From: Eledone cirrhosa | Lineage: Eukaryota | Length of the DNA stretch: 64,000 bases | NCBI GenBank assembly: GCA_964016885.1 | Contig: OZ024743.1 | Span: 65,906,001-65,970,000, forward strand | Reading direction: 5' to 3' | In this document: positions 11,405 to 23,893 of the stretch, piece by piece | How positions within the stretch are numbered: position 1 is the first letter of the stretch | How the letters are laid out: each line of letters starts with the position of its first letter | Notes under the pieces: model-generated | Database searches by the model: none | Seen by the model: only the letters and a program-made list of their open reading frames with translations | What the model was told of the DNA's origin: nothing | Translations under genes and position numbers: made by a program

Positions 11405-14400
11405 CCCACCTTTCATAAAACAGGCTGGGGTGGAGCACCTCTCTCTCCATCCTGATCCTTCTTCCGAAATGATATCGGAAGAAAAGGACCAGTTGTTGGA
11501 TGGAGAGAAAGATTCCCTTTCAAACGCGTCCACCATACAACCTCTTTCACCATGGCTATTACGCACAGAAACACCGCCTCTCCTTCATTTTTGAAGGGGT
11601 GAGGCGGCTTGATCGTTACAAGGGACTCGGTGGTCAACCGGATAGGTTCCACCCGTGACAGCAGTCGTTCGACATAGCCCCACAGATCGGCGAAGCCCGG
11701 GCAGTGTACAATGCATGCGCGACGGTTTCCTCGTCGAGCACACATCTGGGACAGATCTTTTTCGAGGGGTCTCTACCCGGGCGCCCGTGTCTGTAGAACT
11801 TTTCTCGAACGGGCAGAGACCCTCGGTAGCATTGCCAGGCTAGGGATCTCTGGAAGTTGTCCATAGGTCCCGGGCTAAATGTCCTACCGAACAGGCTGGC
11901 CAGTTAGTCTTCCTCCATGTCTAGGGCTTCCCTGAGGGCGTCGTCGCACCTGCTGCGCACCAGCCCTCTATAGAATGTCGAGGTGGAGTTTCCACTGATA
12001 GCCGGGTCCGCCTGCCAGAGAGCCGTGAGCGCCTGGGCACACTCGTTGTGCCAGGCGCCCAGTTTTCTCGGTCTTTGCTTGACCCAGGATTGCAGCTCGG
12101 TGAGTGAGACGAGTCTCGGAAAGGTTCGTCTCACAAACGGGGCCCACACCGGTTGACCGGTGAGGAATATCTGGAGGTGCCGCAGCCTTAATGCGTGTTT
12201 ACGCATCAGCAGCCACGGCATCTCCAGCCCCCCCTTTCGAAGGGTGTTGACAGCAGATGTATCTCATCACCAAAGGAGCCCGCTACTTCCAAAGGAATTG
12301 GAAGATTGCGCGCTCCATTTTGATGAGCATTTCTCTTGGGCAAGGCACGACGGTCAGGCGGTAGTAGATGACGGACGCTATATAAGTGTTTGCCACCTCC
12401 GCCCGACCTTTCAGGGATAGTTTGCACTCGGCCCACTTCTGGGTCAGTGCAAACACCCTGTTCGTTTCCTCACCCCAGTTCTTCTCCACCTGGAGGTCTG
12501 GTCCGACCAGACCCCGAGCAACTTCACCGGGCCCTCCGTCCAACGTCTGATGACGCCATCGGAGGGCATAAGTTTGCCCCTCCACGTGCCGAGTTGCAAA
12601 CCGATTGACTTGTCCCGGTTCAGCTTAGCCCCTGTAAACCTTTCGTAGTCCTCCAGTAAGGTGCCAATCGCCCCGATTTCCGAGTTGGTCGACACTATTA
12701 CTGTTACGTCATCGGCGTAGGCCGACACCACTTTCCGCAATCCAGGTTCCAGAGGGATGCCCTGCAACAACTCCAACTTCGGCAGCAGTGGCTAGAGGGC
12801 CAATACATACAGAAGGGAGGAGAGGGCACCACTGTCGGATGGACCGCATGATTTCGAACGGCTCCGAGAGGTAGCCGTTCACCTTGACTCTAGAGCAGAT
12901 GCGGCTGCTGTGCATGGCAGTGATCCAGCTCCTGAAAACGGGTCCGAAACCTGCCGCCGCTAGCACTGCATCCAGGTAACCATGGTCGACTCTATCGAAC
13001 GCCTTAGATTGATTCACCAAAGCCGGGTTCGTTCCCAACCATCTCTATGATGTATCGCATAAGGTGGAGGTTGTCGTGGATGGTCCTGGACGGGATGGCA
13101 CATGTCTGCGCATTTCCCGCCAGGTTGCGCACAACAAGCGCCAACCTCTTTGCTAACACCTTGGAAAACATCTTTAACTCTGCATTTAGTAGAGTTATGG
13201 GCCTGAATTTACTTATTTCGTTCCCCTTGTTCTCGTCCTTCCTCACTAGCGAGACTACGTCCTTGGTCACAGAACTGGGAATTCTCCCGTTCTGTTGCCA
13301 GTTGCAGTAGACCGTCTCGAGGAGTTCGGGGAACAAGTCCGGCATAGCTAGATATAGTTCGTATGGAAGACCATCGAGACACGGGGATTTGCGTTTGCCG
13401 CATTGGCTCAGCACGTCCCCTATTTCAGCAGCTGAAATCGGCCCCTCGCAGGACTTCGCCTCCTCGTCCGAAAGACACGACAAGCCGTCGAGGTATCGAC
13501 CGAAGTCCACATCCCCATCCGGCCTCCCGCCTCTCCCGAACGATCGGGCAAAGTGCATTTGAAAGGCCTCACACATCTGCTTAGGTTCAAGGATCACCCG
13601 TCCATCCTGGTCTCACAAAGACCGTATAGTGTATCTAATCCCTCTTTTGGCTTGTGTCACGCGGGCCCAGCTAACAGCTTTGGTCCCCTCGTTTCCTAGA
13701 GCACGTATTTTGCTTCGGACAACGCAGCCTTCGTGCTTCTCGTCAAAGAACTGACCCAATGCCGTTCTCGACGCTAGCACTCTGGCCACGTCGCCGCTTC
13801 TAATTGCCTCTTCTACACTATCTACCAACTCCCTTTCCTTCCTATTTCTATCTGAGGCTAACTCCTTACTAAATCCTATTGAAACTACTCTAATCTCTCT
13901 TTTGAGAGATCCCCACCACCTGCTGTTGACGATCGCTCCCGTCAACCGCTCCTTAACTAAAGTACTAATCCGGTCCCTGTACACTTTACTTGCCGTTAAG
14001 GACAAGTTCAGTTTCCAGTAACCGGGTCCCTGTCTATGGGTTCTATCAATGTTGAGTATGCAGGTCACTAATTTGTGATCCGAATAGCCAACCATGAGCA
14101 TCTCTAGACAGCTTAAAAGGTCCCTATCCTTATTTCTAACTAGGACCCTATCTAGGTACGACCTAGATGATCCGCTGAGGTTTGCCCAAGTCCGGGTTGG
14201 CGCAGTCGGAAAATCTAATCGATATCTATCGGCCAGGTCAAATCGGCCAATTAACTCCTTGAGGCTGTTACACCCGCCCTCTATCAGGACATGCCCCTAC
14301 ATAGTCCCAACGTGCATCTAGGATACCATTCAAGTCCCCCACTAAAAGAAAAGTCTCCAGACGTTGGAAAAGTCTCCAAACGTTGGAAGAAGTCTGGCCG

Positions 14401-14746
14401 CACTGACCCAAAAGGGGCGTAGGCGGCAACCAGCCTAAAGGCTCCGCCTTCCCCACTGTCAACGTCTAAGACCACTAGTCAACCCTCCGGGTCCAGGTGT
14501 ACCGTCTGTACCCAGATGTTTTTTCAGCAGAACGTCAACCCCACTCTCACCTCCGGGCTGACAGAGAGATGCGTGCATCTCAAAGTCGTCAAGGATGGGG
14601 GTTAGCTGGCGCACGCTGCTGATCCGGGCCTCGCAAATGACCATCACATTTATACAGCGTGATCTGAGGTCATTTAGAAGTTTTGCTTGCTTCCAATATG
14701 AGCCCAGGCCACGCGCATTTAGACAAGCCACTCTCAATACAGCCAT
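11405..14746 (-). pseudogene. LINE ORF2 (endonuclease-reverse transcriptase), multiply frameshifted
   Basis: Fragments MAVLRVACLNARGL, GYSDHKLV, FRPITLLNAELK, QSKAFDRVDH, SAYADDVTV, CPRCVLDEETVAH spread over several ORFs. Confidence 0.92.
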
Positions 14747-14774
14747 GTTGGTGGTAAAGAGAAAAAGGAGGCAC

Positions 14775-16711
14775 CTACCTCTCTGCGTCTCGGGGACCAG
14801 GCCGCACAATTTCCATGGGGGTGGGAAGGGTTTGTTGGGTGGTGGTTTGTGGTGGTGTGGGGACATCAGAATGTGGTGGAGTTGGGGTGTTTGGTGTGGT
14901 GTGGGTGTCTGGGGTGGGGGTGGGGAAATGTTTCAAGAGGACTCGATTCATTGGTTTTACACAGGGGAGGCACACGTCCTCAGGGAAATTGACGTTTAGT
15001 TCTATATAAGTGTCTATCGGAGTTTTAATCATTTTTAATGAGGGGTTCTCTGTGGCCCTCGTGAAGTTTTGTTCAATTTTGTTTACAAGTTTTATATGTG
15101 TTGTGTTGAAGTATGTGTATAGCTGTGTCTGTGTAATTTTTGTTGGTTTTTGTCTGTATTTTTGGGGGTTTTGTTTTGAGGAGGGGTTATTTTCCTTTGT
15201 GTGGGTGCGGTGTGTTTTCTTTTTTTCGCTTTATTTTTTGGAAAGGTTCCCCGTCGTCTTCTGACGTTAAGGGATCCTCTTCCATGTTGGAGGGGTATAT
15301 TTTGGGGTTTTGTTATGTATGTTGTTGGAGTTGTTTTAGATGGGGAGGGGTTGTGTGGGACCGTGTTCAGTTTTTTGTTGACTTGTTGTGTTTGTTGTTG
15401 TTGTTGTGGTGGTGGTGATTTTGTTTTTGTTTGTGGAGTTGTTATGGGTGTGGAGGGGTTGGGTGGGTCTGTGTTCAGTTTTTTGTTGACTTGTGTTTGT
15501 TGTTGTTGTGGTGGTGGTGGTGTTGGCAGTAAAGGATTTTTAGTTTGTTGAGGACAGGCAGCCCTCAGGTGACCTCTGCCTCCACAGAGGTAGCAAGTGG
15601 GCCGCCTACCCTCAACTGCAATGTTCATAAATTGGGAGCCTTTCAGGGACACTCTTTGGGGTATTTTTGCGATACGTTCTGGTTTCATTCGAACCAGAAC
15701 CTGTATGCCTATACCGCCAAAGTGGCCCCTGGTGGCCTTGCCTATATCAAGGAGTTCATCTTCGTCGTCCAGTATCCCTCCTAGTATCCACCACATATTT
15801 GTATTTGGGTGTATACGGGAGATTGTTATTTTTTTAGTTTTCTTCCCCATGTAGGTGGGGAAGAAAGTGTACTGTTTGGACACAATTGGCGACACCGACT
15901 ATTTTGGGGCCATCAATTGGTCCTTCATCAAAATTATCAGACTCCCATATAACTTCCCTCTCTCAATAAAAATAATTGTTTCTACTTTAGACACAAGGCC
16001 AGCAATTACCCAGTGCATTATTGGTACTTTAAAAATAATGTCCTTCAACGCGTCTTTCAACACCAGCTCAATTTCGCTATGCGATAATTGAGCTGGTTTT
16101 TTCGATGCATTTGATATAGTTCTAAAATTAATTGTCCTTAGGACCGTGTCCCTTTTAATAGCCTTAGGGGAGATTATGGTGAATTCACCGTTTTCACCAA
16201 AGCTCACCTGTTTTCTCCCCTCTTTTAGCAATTCTGCTGCATTACTGATGTCAACTGGGGTGAAAGTTTCGGTCTCCTCCTTAACGACCTGGGCAAAGGA
16301 TATTCATGTAGTGGGGTCTTTTTGTGTGTTTCATTGCTGTTGTTCTTGTTTTCTTGGGTGTTTGCGTTTTGGTTGTTGTTGTTTGCGGTACAGTTTTTTG
16401 GGGTTTTCACCCATTTTTTCGGGTTTTGAGTTCACATTTATGTTGTTTTCTTTGTCATTGTTACTGCTGTTTTCGCTTTTGTGTGTGTTTGTGTTATTTT
16501 CTTTGTTATTTGTGCTATTGGTATCAGTGTGGTTTATACATTCTTTCAATTTACTGTTTCCATTGTTTGGGTTATTACCCAAATTTTTAGAATTGTTCGC
16601 CAAATCCACTTCCATACTCACATGCGAAAGGGAGAGAAGGGAAGCTTCAGTAGGTTGAGTTACTTGTTCCTCTTTATCACTTTCCCTGGGGCGTGGCAGT
16701 TGTGTTTTCAT
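14775..16711 (-). pseudogene. LINE ORF1 (gag-like, zinc knuckle), disrupted
   Basis: CYLCGGRGHLRAAC in ORF 15092..15895; Pro/Thr/Gln-rich tail similar to 58301..59267; broken into four ORFs. Confidence 0.85.
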
Positions 16712-16918
16712 GTATGGTGTCCATTATTGTAAGTTGGTATATAAATTTTCAAAGTAGTTTTTACCCCTCAAAAAGGGTAAAAATAAAATAACCACCCGTC
16801 TGCAAGTCCAGGCGAGAGGTTATGTCAAACAAATAAAATAAATGAAACACAAACTCAGTCAAAAACGTAATACAAATCCAAAAGGCTGCAGCCGAAGTAA
16901 CACACGTCTATTATCAGC

Positions 16919-17085
16919 GATAGATAGATAGAAGGATAGATAGAGAGAAAGAGAGAGAGAGAGAACCAATGAGAGTGAGAGAGAGACAGAGAGCCAGTGA
17001 GAGAGAGAGAGAGAGAGAGGGAGAGCCAGTGACAGAGGGAGTGAAAGAGAGAGAGTTAGAGAACCAGTGAGAGACAGAGAGTGAG

Positions 17086-17116
<31 letters not shown>

Positions 17117-17250
17117 TAGAGAGCCAGAGAGAGAGAGAGAGAGAACGAGAGAGCGAGAGAGGGCGAGAGAGAGCCAGTGAGAGAGAGAGAGGGTGAGAGA
17201 GAGAGAATTAGAGAGAGAGAGAGAGAGAGTTAGATAAAGATATAGAGAAA
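16919..17250. repeat. (GATA)n followed by degenerate (GA)n microsatellite
   Basis: Directly visible; abuts the 5' end of the LINE. Confidence 0.95.
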
Positions 17251-17271
17251 TTAACGACCCCAGTACTGGAC

Positions 17272-17745
17272 CAATCCCGCCGAGGTTGACTTTGCCTTTC
17301 ATCCTTACGGGGTCGATAAAATAAAGTACCAGTAATGAACTGGGTAATTTGCTGGCCTTGTGCCTAAAGTAGAAACAAATATCTTTTTACCGAGATTGAA
17401 AAGATGATAACCAAAGTTAACCTGGGCGGGATTTAACCCTTTAGCATTTACATTACTCTATATATACACTATTGTATTTTCCCAGTAAATACTTCATTTC
17501 ACATAATTATCTCACATAATATCGAATCTATGAAATTTTGATATTTATTTTGAGAACAATACTTTAATATATGTATGAACGGTTGGTTATAGCCAGTTTG
17601 AAAAGAAAAAGGTGAGAGAATTCTGGCCGGATATGACCGGTTTAATGCTAAAGGGTTAAACACAGAGGCAGAGAGAGCCGCAATAAATACCGCCAAGTAT
17701 TGAATCCAACGTTCTAACGACGTTTCCAATTCATCGTCCATATTA
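17272..17745. mobile_element. Two partial SINE copies in opposite orientation, the second interrupted by a MITE
   Basis: AATCCCGCCGAGGTTGACTTTGCCTTTCATCC...GGGGTCGATAAAATAAAGTACCAG on +; AAAGTTAACCTGGGCGGGATTTAA on -. Confidence 0.75.
17437..17655. mobile_element. piggyBac-type MITE
   Basis: TTAA|CCCTTTAGCATT ... AATGCTAAAGGG|TTAA: CCC/GGG termini with TTAA duplication. Confidence 0.88.
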
Positions 17746-18389
17746 TTAACAGTACTGCAAACTAAATAAAGCCTAAATTTGTAATTGTATGACGTCTTAT
17801 CAGAAGGTTTGACGTTATTTTGCAGGGGATATGAGTAGAGACGAAACCCCCAAACTGAACACCTGTTGTTGGCAAACAGCAATCTTTTGTTGCCAAGTAC
17901 AATTGTTATCAATAAAATAGTAATTATATACTAAAAATATTGCTACAAAAAGCCATGCCACTTTTACAACAACTACAGCTGTGCATTTTAAATATTTGGT
18001 CATTTTCACTTTTAGCAATTGAAGTAAAATACTTTTTTTTTCTTTATATATAAACAACATATATTTAAATGCAACTATTTTTTTTATTACGTCAACACAC
18101 AATACGTCGTATTTGTTGCTCTACTTTTACATATATAGGTAGCGAAATGGCTGAGTCCATAGATCCTAGACGCTCACTTCACCTGTTGCTGACTGAAGAT
18201 ACTCTTCTCTACTAAGTTAGATCACCAGCAGCAGAGTTTAAAGAGCAAAGGTCAAGTCTCGTCCATAAATTAACATAATCAAGTCAGCGTTTTGGCTGTT
18301 GACCCTTGCTTCTCTTACCAAATAAATTTCATTCTAGGCATAACTTACTCACGTCGGATTAAATGCTTTTCATTATTTGTTCCGGCTAG

Positions 18390-18605
18390 GGGCGGTGGAT
18401 TGGCAGTACCGGTAGAGCGTCGGACAACATGCTTTGCAACATAGAGTTGTGGCCCTTTATGATCTGAGTTCAAATCCCTCCGAGGTTAACTTTGCCTTTC
18501 ATCCTTTCGGGGTCGATAGAATAAAGCACCAGTAATGCACTGGGTCGATTTAATCGACTTTCCCTTCCCCCCAAATTGCAGGCCTTGTGCCTATATAAGA
18601 AACCA
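18390..18605 (+). mobile_element. Full-length tRNA-derived SINE with a Nin/Deu-like central domain
   Basis: A-box-like TGGCAGTACCGG, B-box GAGTTCAAATCC, core GCCTTTCATCCTTTCGGGGTCGATA; flanked by duplication CATTATTTGTTCCG(G/A)CT. Confidence 0.88.
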
Positions 18606-19000
18606 TTATTTGTTCCGACTCTCAGCGCCATTTGTCCAAATCATGCCGAAGTCAGTTCTAATCTAGAGCAGGGATTGACGGAATTGTTAAAGCATTAGTG
18701 ATAACATTACCATATCTCTTTTAGTTCTTTTGTATCTTGAGTTCGTTCGAGAACCTCCAGGCGCAAATATCTAACGGCCTTTGGTTTTTCTGCTGTATAA
18801 CATCTGTAACAATGAGAGGGGAGCATTGCACACATGGTCAACTGCTTGTTCAGATATACGCCTTTATTTCACATTTCTGCAGTCCACACACTTCACTAAA
18901 AGGGGCTGTGCATGTCATTGAAAGTGCTAAACTTGTCATATACTGTATCACACAGAATTTCCCTCAGAATTGCGTTATGGCTACACGTATTTATGGAATG

Positions 19001-19088
19001 TCAACAAACTATTTGCACGTTTATTTCAAGAGCAGGCCGTTCCGTTGAAAAAACAACTGCAACACACGTCATCAGAACCGATGGTGGT
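19001..19088 (-). CDS. Candidate terminal coding exon segment of an unknown host gene
   Basis: Acceptor TGTTGTTGTTGTTAG; joined in phase to the 20361-20529 candidate it reads (K)PPSVLMTCVAVVFSTERPALEINVQIVC*; unique sequence follows. Confidence 0.2.
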
Positions 19089-19454
19089 CTAACAACAACA
19101 ACAGCATAAAGACGTTATAAGATTCTGACAACTCTCTGACCAACCCCTTTTTCATTCCAACCCATCCATGCCCACTCCAACATTTTGCATACAATGTAAT
19201 AAATACTAATATAAATAATTTGCCCAGTCATCCTACGAAATAATGACCGACAATGATTTAAATCATAAAAATATCACATATATAAATCATATGTCTTTGG
19301 TCTACAAGAGAGATTTCTACATCTGTGGGCGCTGCCCTTCTTTTTCACAACCCCTCCGCCTCCTCCTCCCTCCCTCCTCCACATCCTCCTCTCCCATAAA
19401 AGTATCAAAACACAATGTAATTAATTATGTACTTACTAATATATAAACAAATAA

Positions 19455-20075
19455 CTCACACACAAACACACACACATACACACACACACAAACACGCATA
19501 CATACACACAAACACACACATACATACACTCATACACGCACACATACACTTATGTGAGTGTCTACGTAACACTCGTTAACTGTGCACACGCACACAGATA
19601 TATATAAATATAAATCTATGCACACACACACACACGCATATACATACATACAAACATACATACATCATACACATACATGCACACGCACACACACACAAAC
19701 ACACATATATATATATATAAAGACACAAATATATACATAGATACAGACAGACAAACGCACACAGACGCACACGCACATATATGTAAAAAGGCACACATAT
19801 ACATACACACAGACACACGCACACATATATAAAGACACACACGCATACATAGATGCAGGCATACACGTATACTCAGATACAAACACTGATGTACACACAC
19901 TGATACACACACGCACACACACACACATATATAATGACACACGCATACACATATACAAACGCTGATGTACACACATAGATAATACACACAGACATATATA
20001 TATATATATATAAATAAAGACACACACACATACATAGATACAGGCATACATATACACGCATGCAAACGCTAACAC

Positions 20076-20119
<44 letters not shown>

Positions 20120-20340
20120 AAAGACACACACATATACATAGATACAGGCACACATATACACACATGCAAACGCTAACACAACACACACACACACATACGC
20201 GCGTGCGCACGCAAGTACACACACACAATTACACATATATTCACTCACCCAACGAGGTGTGCACAGAACACGCATAAACAAATATATTAAAAAGAAAAGA
20301 AGCAAAACACACATACACACATATACAAACACACACATAG
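19455..20340. repeat. Degenerate (CA)n/(TA)n tract with internal higher-order repeats
   Basis: Directly visible; recurring AAAGACACAC...CATAGATACAGGCA units. Confidence 0.9.
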
Positions 20341-20360
20341 AGGCTATCGAGTACACTTAC

Positions 20361-20529
20361 TTGCACTTGTGTAGCCAAGTAAACGGTATTGTTACAGAAT
20401 ATAATTCGGTTAATGTGATAAAAGGATAGGCCTTAAAGAATGAGGAGCAGAAGTGGTTTAATGAAGCCACCTGAATAAGTTCACCAGCCTGATATTGGAT
20501 GTAGAGCATCAATTCTTCTCTCTTTAGTG
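20361..20529 (-). CDS. Candidate 169-nt host coding exon, product unknown
   Basis: Strong acceptor TTTATTTTCTTGTAG, consensus donor CAA|GTAAGT; one frame open: LKREELMLYIQYQAGELIQVASLNHFCSSFFKAYPFITLTELYSVTIPFTWLHKC. Confidence 0.45.
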
Positions 20530-20549
20530 CTACAAGAAAATAAACAACG

Positions 20550-20901
20550 GTTTCTTACATAGGCACAAGGCCAGCAATTTGGGAGAAAGGGGAGTCGATT
20601 AGATCGACCCCAGTGCGTGACTGGTACTTTATTTTATCGTCCCCATAAGGATGAAAGGGAAAGTTAACTTCGGCGGGATTTGAACTCAGATCATAAAGGG
20701 CCGCAAAGCATGGCGTCCGACCCATTACCGATACTGCCAATCCACCGCCCAAGAGAATAAATAATTGTTTCTAACTTTGGCACAAGGTCAGCAATTATCC
20801 CAATGTATTACTGTTACTTTATTTTATCGACCCCGTAAGGATGAAAGGCAAAGTTAACCTCAGCGGGATTTGAACTCAGACCGAGGTTAACTTTGCCTTT
20901 C
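20550..20901 (-). mobile_element. Two tandem SINE copies (one full, one partial ending in a small foldback)
   Basis: Reverse complement of the SINE at 18390; AAAGGCAAAGTTAACCTC...GAGGTTAACTTTGCCTTT hairpin at about 20844-20901. Confidence 0.85.
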
Positions 20902-21251
20902 AAGATTAAATAAAGCCATCATTTGTTCGCTGTTATTTCCCTTAAAACTCTTTAAACACTTGGAATAAGTAGATTTTGCAGTCAGCGTCAACAGGAAGTT
21001 TTATTGAAATATGTTTAGATTAAACTCTTAAGGAGAATTGTTGTTTCTTTTCCCTGATTAAGTTGAGAGAAGAATCACAAAACAAATTCTCACATCATCA
21101 GACAAGCAAAAGTAAAGAAAAAAATAAAGAAAAAGAAAAGAAAACTGTTATTAAAAAATAAGGACAGAGACGGTATTTTTATATTGTTGTATTTCGTTAT
21201 ATGCGTAATTCCGATGTTTATATCATCATCATCGTCATCATTATCATCCCC

Positions 21252-21362
21252 TTGCCAGTATCGGTAGAGGGTCGGAAGCCATGCTTTGACGTACAGAGTT
21301 ACGGCCCTTGCCATTCTGAGTTCAAATCCCGCCGAGGTTAACTTTTGCCTTTCATCCTTACG
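21252..21362 (+). mobile_element. SINE 5' half
   Basis: CAGTATCGGTAGAG...CTGAGTTCAAATCCCGCCGAGGTTAACTTTTGCCTTTCATCC. Confidence 0.8.
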
Positions 21363-21536
21363 ATGAATCTTATCCTATCGTAAATCTTATTCAGAAATGA
21401 AATTATAATTTTAGTGAACGCAACAATACATCTTGCTGAATACTACACATGCTAATAACTCATATGCTACTGTAGAGGAAGGAAGGAAGTCCGTATTGAT
21501 GTGTTCGTTCGTTCGTTCGTTCGTTCATTTGGTCGT

Positions 21537-21629
<93 letters not shown>

Positions 21630-21630
<1 letters not shown>

Positions 21631-21845
21631 ATTCAGCAAGAATCGCATTTTCGGCGGGCAGGAAAAAGCGAAGCGAAACGCAAAACACAGAAATGATACT
21701 GGCAAAGTGCTCAATAGTTAAAAATCAGAGCTAAACAATGTGTTAAGAAGCCATACAAAACTGAAAAGGTGGTCAAGAAGGCATTAACCACCCAAGCCAA
21801 AAACCAAATCAAGCTAAACAGGTCAAAACAAAATAGATGATAAAA
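21630..21845. repeat. Unclassified (TA)n-embedded dispersed repeat
   Basis: Shares AAGCGAAACGCAA...CTGGCAA...GGTCAAGAAG(G/C)CATTAACCACC(C/T)AAGCCAAAAA...AAACAGGTCAAA with 50305-50515. Confidence 0.7.
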
Positions 21846-22917
21846 AATAAATGACAATATATATATAGGGGGAAAAGATGAAATCGAAAATGCAACTGGA
21901 GTCTTTTTAAGAATATTTATTTGTTTCCTTTACTGGTTTCACAGTTCATATGCTTTTCAAAAGTAGAATTGAGATGGAAGGTTTGTGGTTTTTCGCATGC
22001 GAAAAAAATCCTCATTTTCTAATATATATATATATATACATAGATATATAAGACCACCTTAAGTAGAACGCAATGGAATCTAAAGCAAACCCATACTATC
22101 CACGAACTTAACCAAATACAAATTATAATCCAATTATAATCCAATTATAATCCTAGCCACATTACATATACCATACCAACCCTCTCAACAAAACATCAAC
22201 CAACCTGCTCCAATTACTGGTATGAGGGTGACGGACATCATCAGGCTATTGCACTTGTATTATTTAGTTTGTATATTAATCTGCAGCGTATGTATATGTA
22301 TGTATGTTCTTCTGGTTTCATAATTTTATAAATTTTTACCAACAAAGACAGAGTTGCTTTCTAACATAGACACAAGATTCTTTCATTGGAATTTACACAA
22401 CATCAACTAGGTAGATATGTATGTCTGTCTGCATGTATGCGTGTGTGTGTGTGTGTGTGTGCAGGTATGGGTGTTATTGTATGTGTGGATGTATATATTT
22501 TGAGTTACATGTGTCCTTGTGCATATCTTTTGTACCTGTACATGTGTATATGTAGTTATTAGATGCAGCATTTTTGGTATGTTTTACATATTTTTACTGT
22601 TCTATTAATGGATTGAACTTGTAATTTCCTAACTAACAGACTTGCTCAGTAGATTGGTTCCTACGCTTCGAGGTTCGTAAATGTTGTCTGAGGGATGTGA
22701 TGCGACACTCAAATATACTAACTAGTCGTGTTGTTTCTGGTTCTATGGAACCCAGTTCCTCAATGTATGTTATCTCTTTCTCTTAATTTTGAGTATATTC
22801 TTTTGACCGGCCACCTTCCAGGTGGCAAGGTTGTAAAAGAAAAGAAATTGTCATCCCTTGAATCGCAAGAATGTTTTGCAAATTTTGAAGGTGCCAGCTA
22901 TCGCAGCCATTTGTAGA

Positions 22918-23350
22918 CTATGTATGTATGTATGTATGTATGTATGTATGTATGTATGTATGTATGTATGTATGTATGTATGTATGTATGCATGTATGTA
23001 TGTATGTATGTATGTATGCATGCATGTATGTATATATGTATGAACGTATGCATGTCTGTCTGTATGTATGAACGTATGTATGTACGTATGTATGTCTGTA
23101 TGTATGTATGAACGTATGTATGTCTGTATGAGTGTATGAAGGTATGTATGTATATGTGTATGTATGTATGTATGAAGGCATGTATGTATGTCTGTCTGTG
23201 TATATGTACGTACATGTATATATGTATATATGTATGTATGAACGTATGTATGTATGTACGTATGTATGGACCTGTGTATGTATGTATATATGTATGAACG
23301 TATGTAAGTATATGGATGTATGAACGTATGTATGTATATGTATATATGTG
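22918..23350. repeat. (ATGT)n microsatellite, degenerating rightwards
   Basis: Directly visible. Confidence 0.95.
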
Positions 23351-23833
23351 AAAATTACAATGCTGTGTAGGAGAGAAAGTAGGTGAGATATATTGGCCGC
23401 CATTATAACATCAAGGGAAGGTTCATCACTTCGATATTTCACAGTTAATTATTTCATTACGTTCTCTCTTATTGTTCTTTATTATGCCGAGTGTTTTCAG
23501 TGCACCTAAATACCGACATAATACCACCACCAACTAAGATGGCCGTCCTTCCCTTCAGATTAACCATGCATATATCCTCACCTCATAACTCTCTCTCTCC
23601 TACCCCGCTCTCTCTCTTTCTCACTCTCGACCCCTTCTCTCGCTCTCTCTCCCTCTCTCTCCCTCTCCCCTCTCTCTCACACACCTACTCACATTTTCTC
23701 TCTCTTTCCATCTCTCTCACTCGTTCCCTCCCCCTCTCTCTCTCTCCCACTCATACAAACAAATACACATACCCACTCCCATTTTCTCTCTCTCACAAAC
23801 ACATATACACACACTCTGTATATATATATGTGC

Positions 23834-23892
<59 letters not shown>

Positions 23893-23893
<1 letters not shown>

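Larger units (their letters stand above)
11123..16918 (-). mobile_element. Full-length but degraded L1/Tx1-like non-LTR retrotransposon
   Basis: 5'UTR, ORF1 with CCHC knuckle, ORF2 with APE endonuclease, RT (AYADD) and C-terminal zinc finger; 3' end TTTTGTGCCCTCGTGGCAATAAATAGAAAT shared with the copy ending near 62932. Confidence 0.93.

Noticed and set aside
18390-18480. tRNA gene (A and B boxes)
   Set aside because: No cloverleaf; it is the tRNA-derived head of a multi-copy SINE
22780-22918. Minus-strand LQMAAIAGTFKICKTFL*, reminiscent of the C-terminus of restriction-endonuclease LINEs
   Set aside because: Too short to support a call
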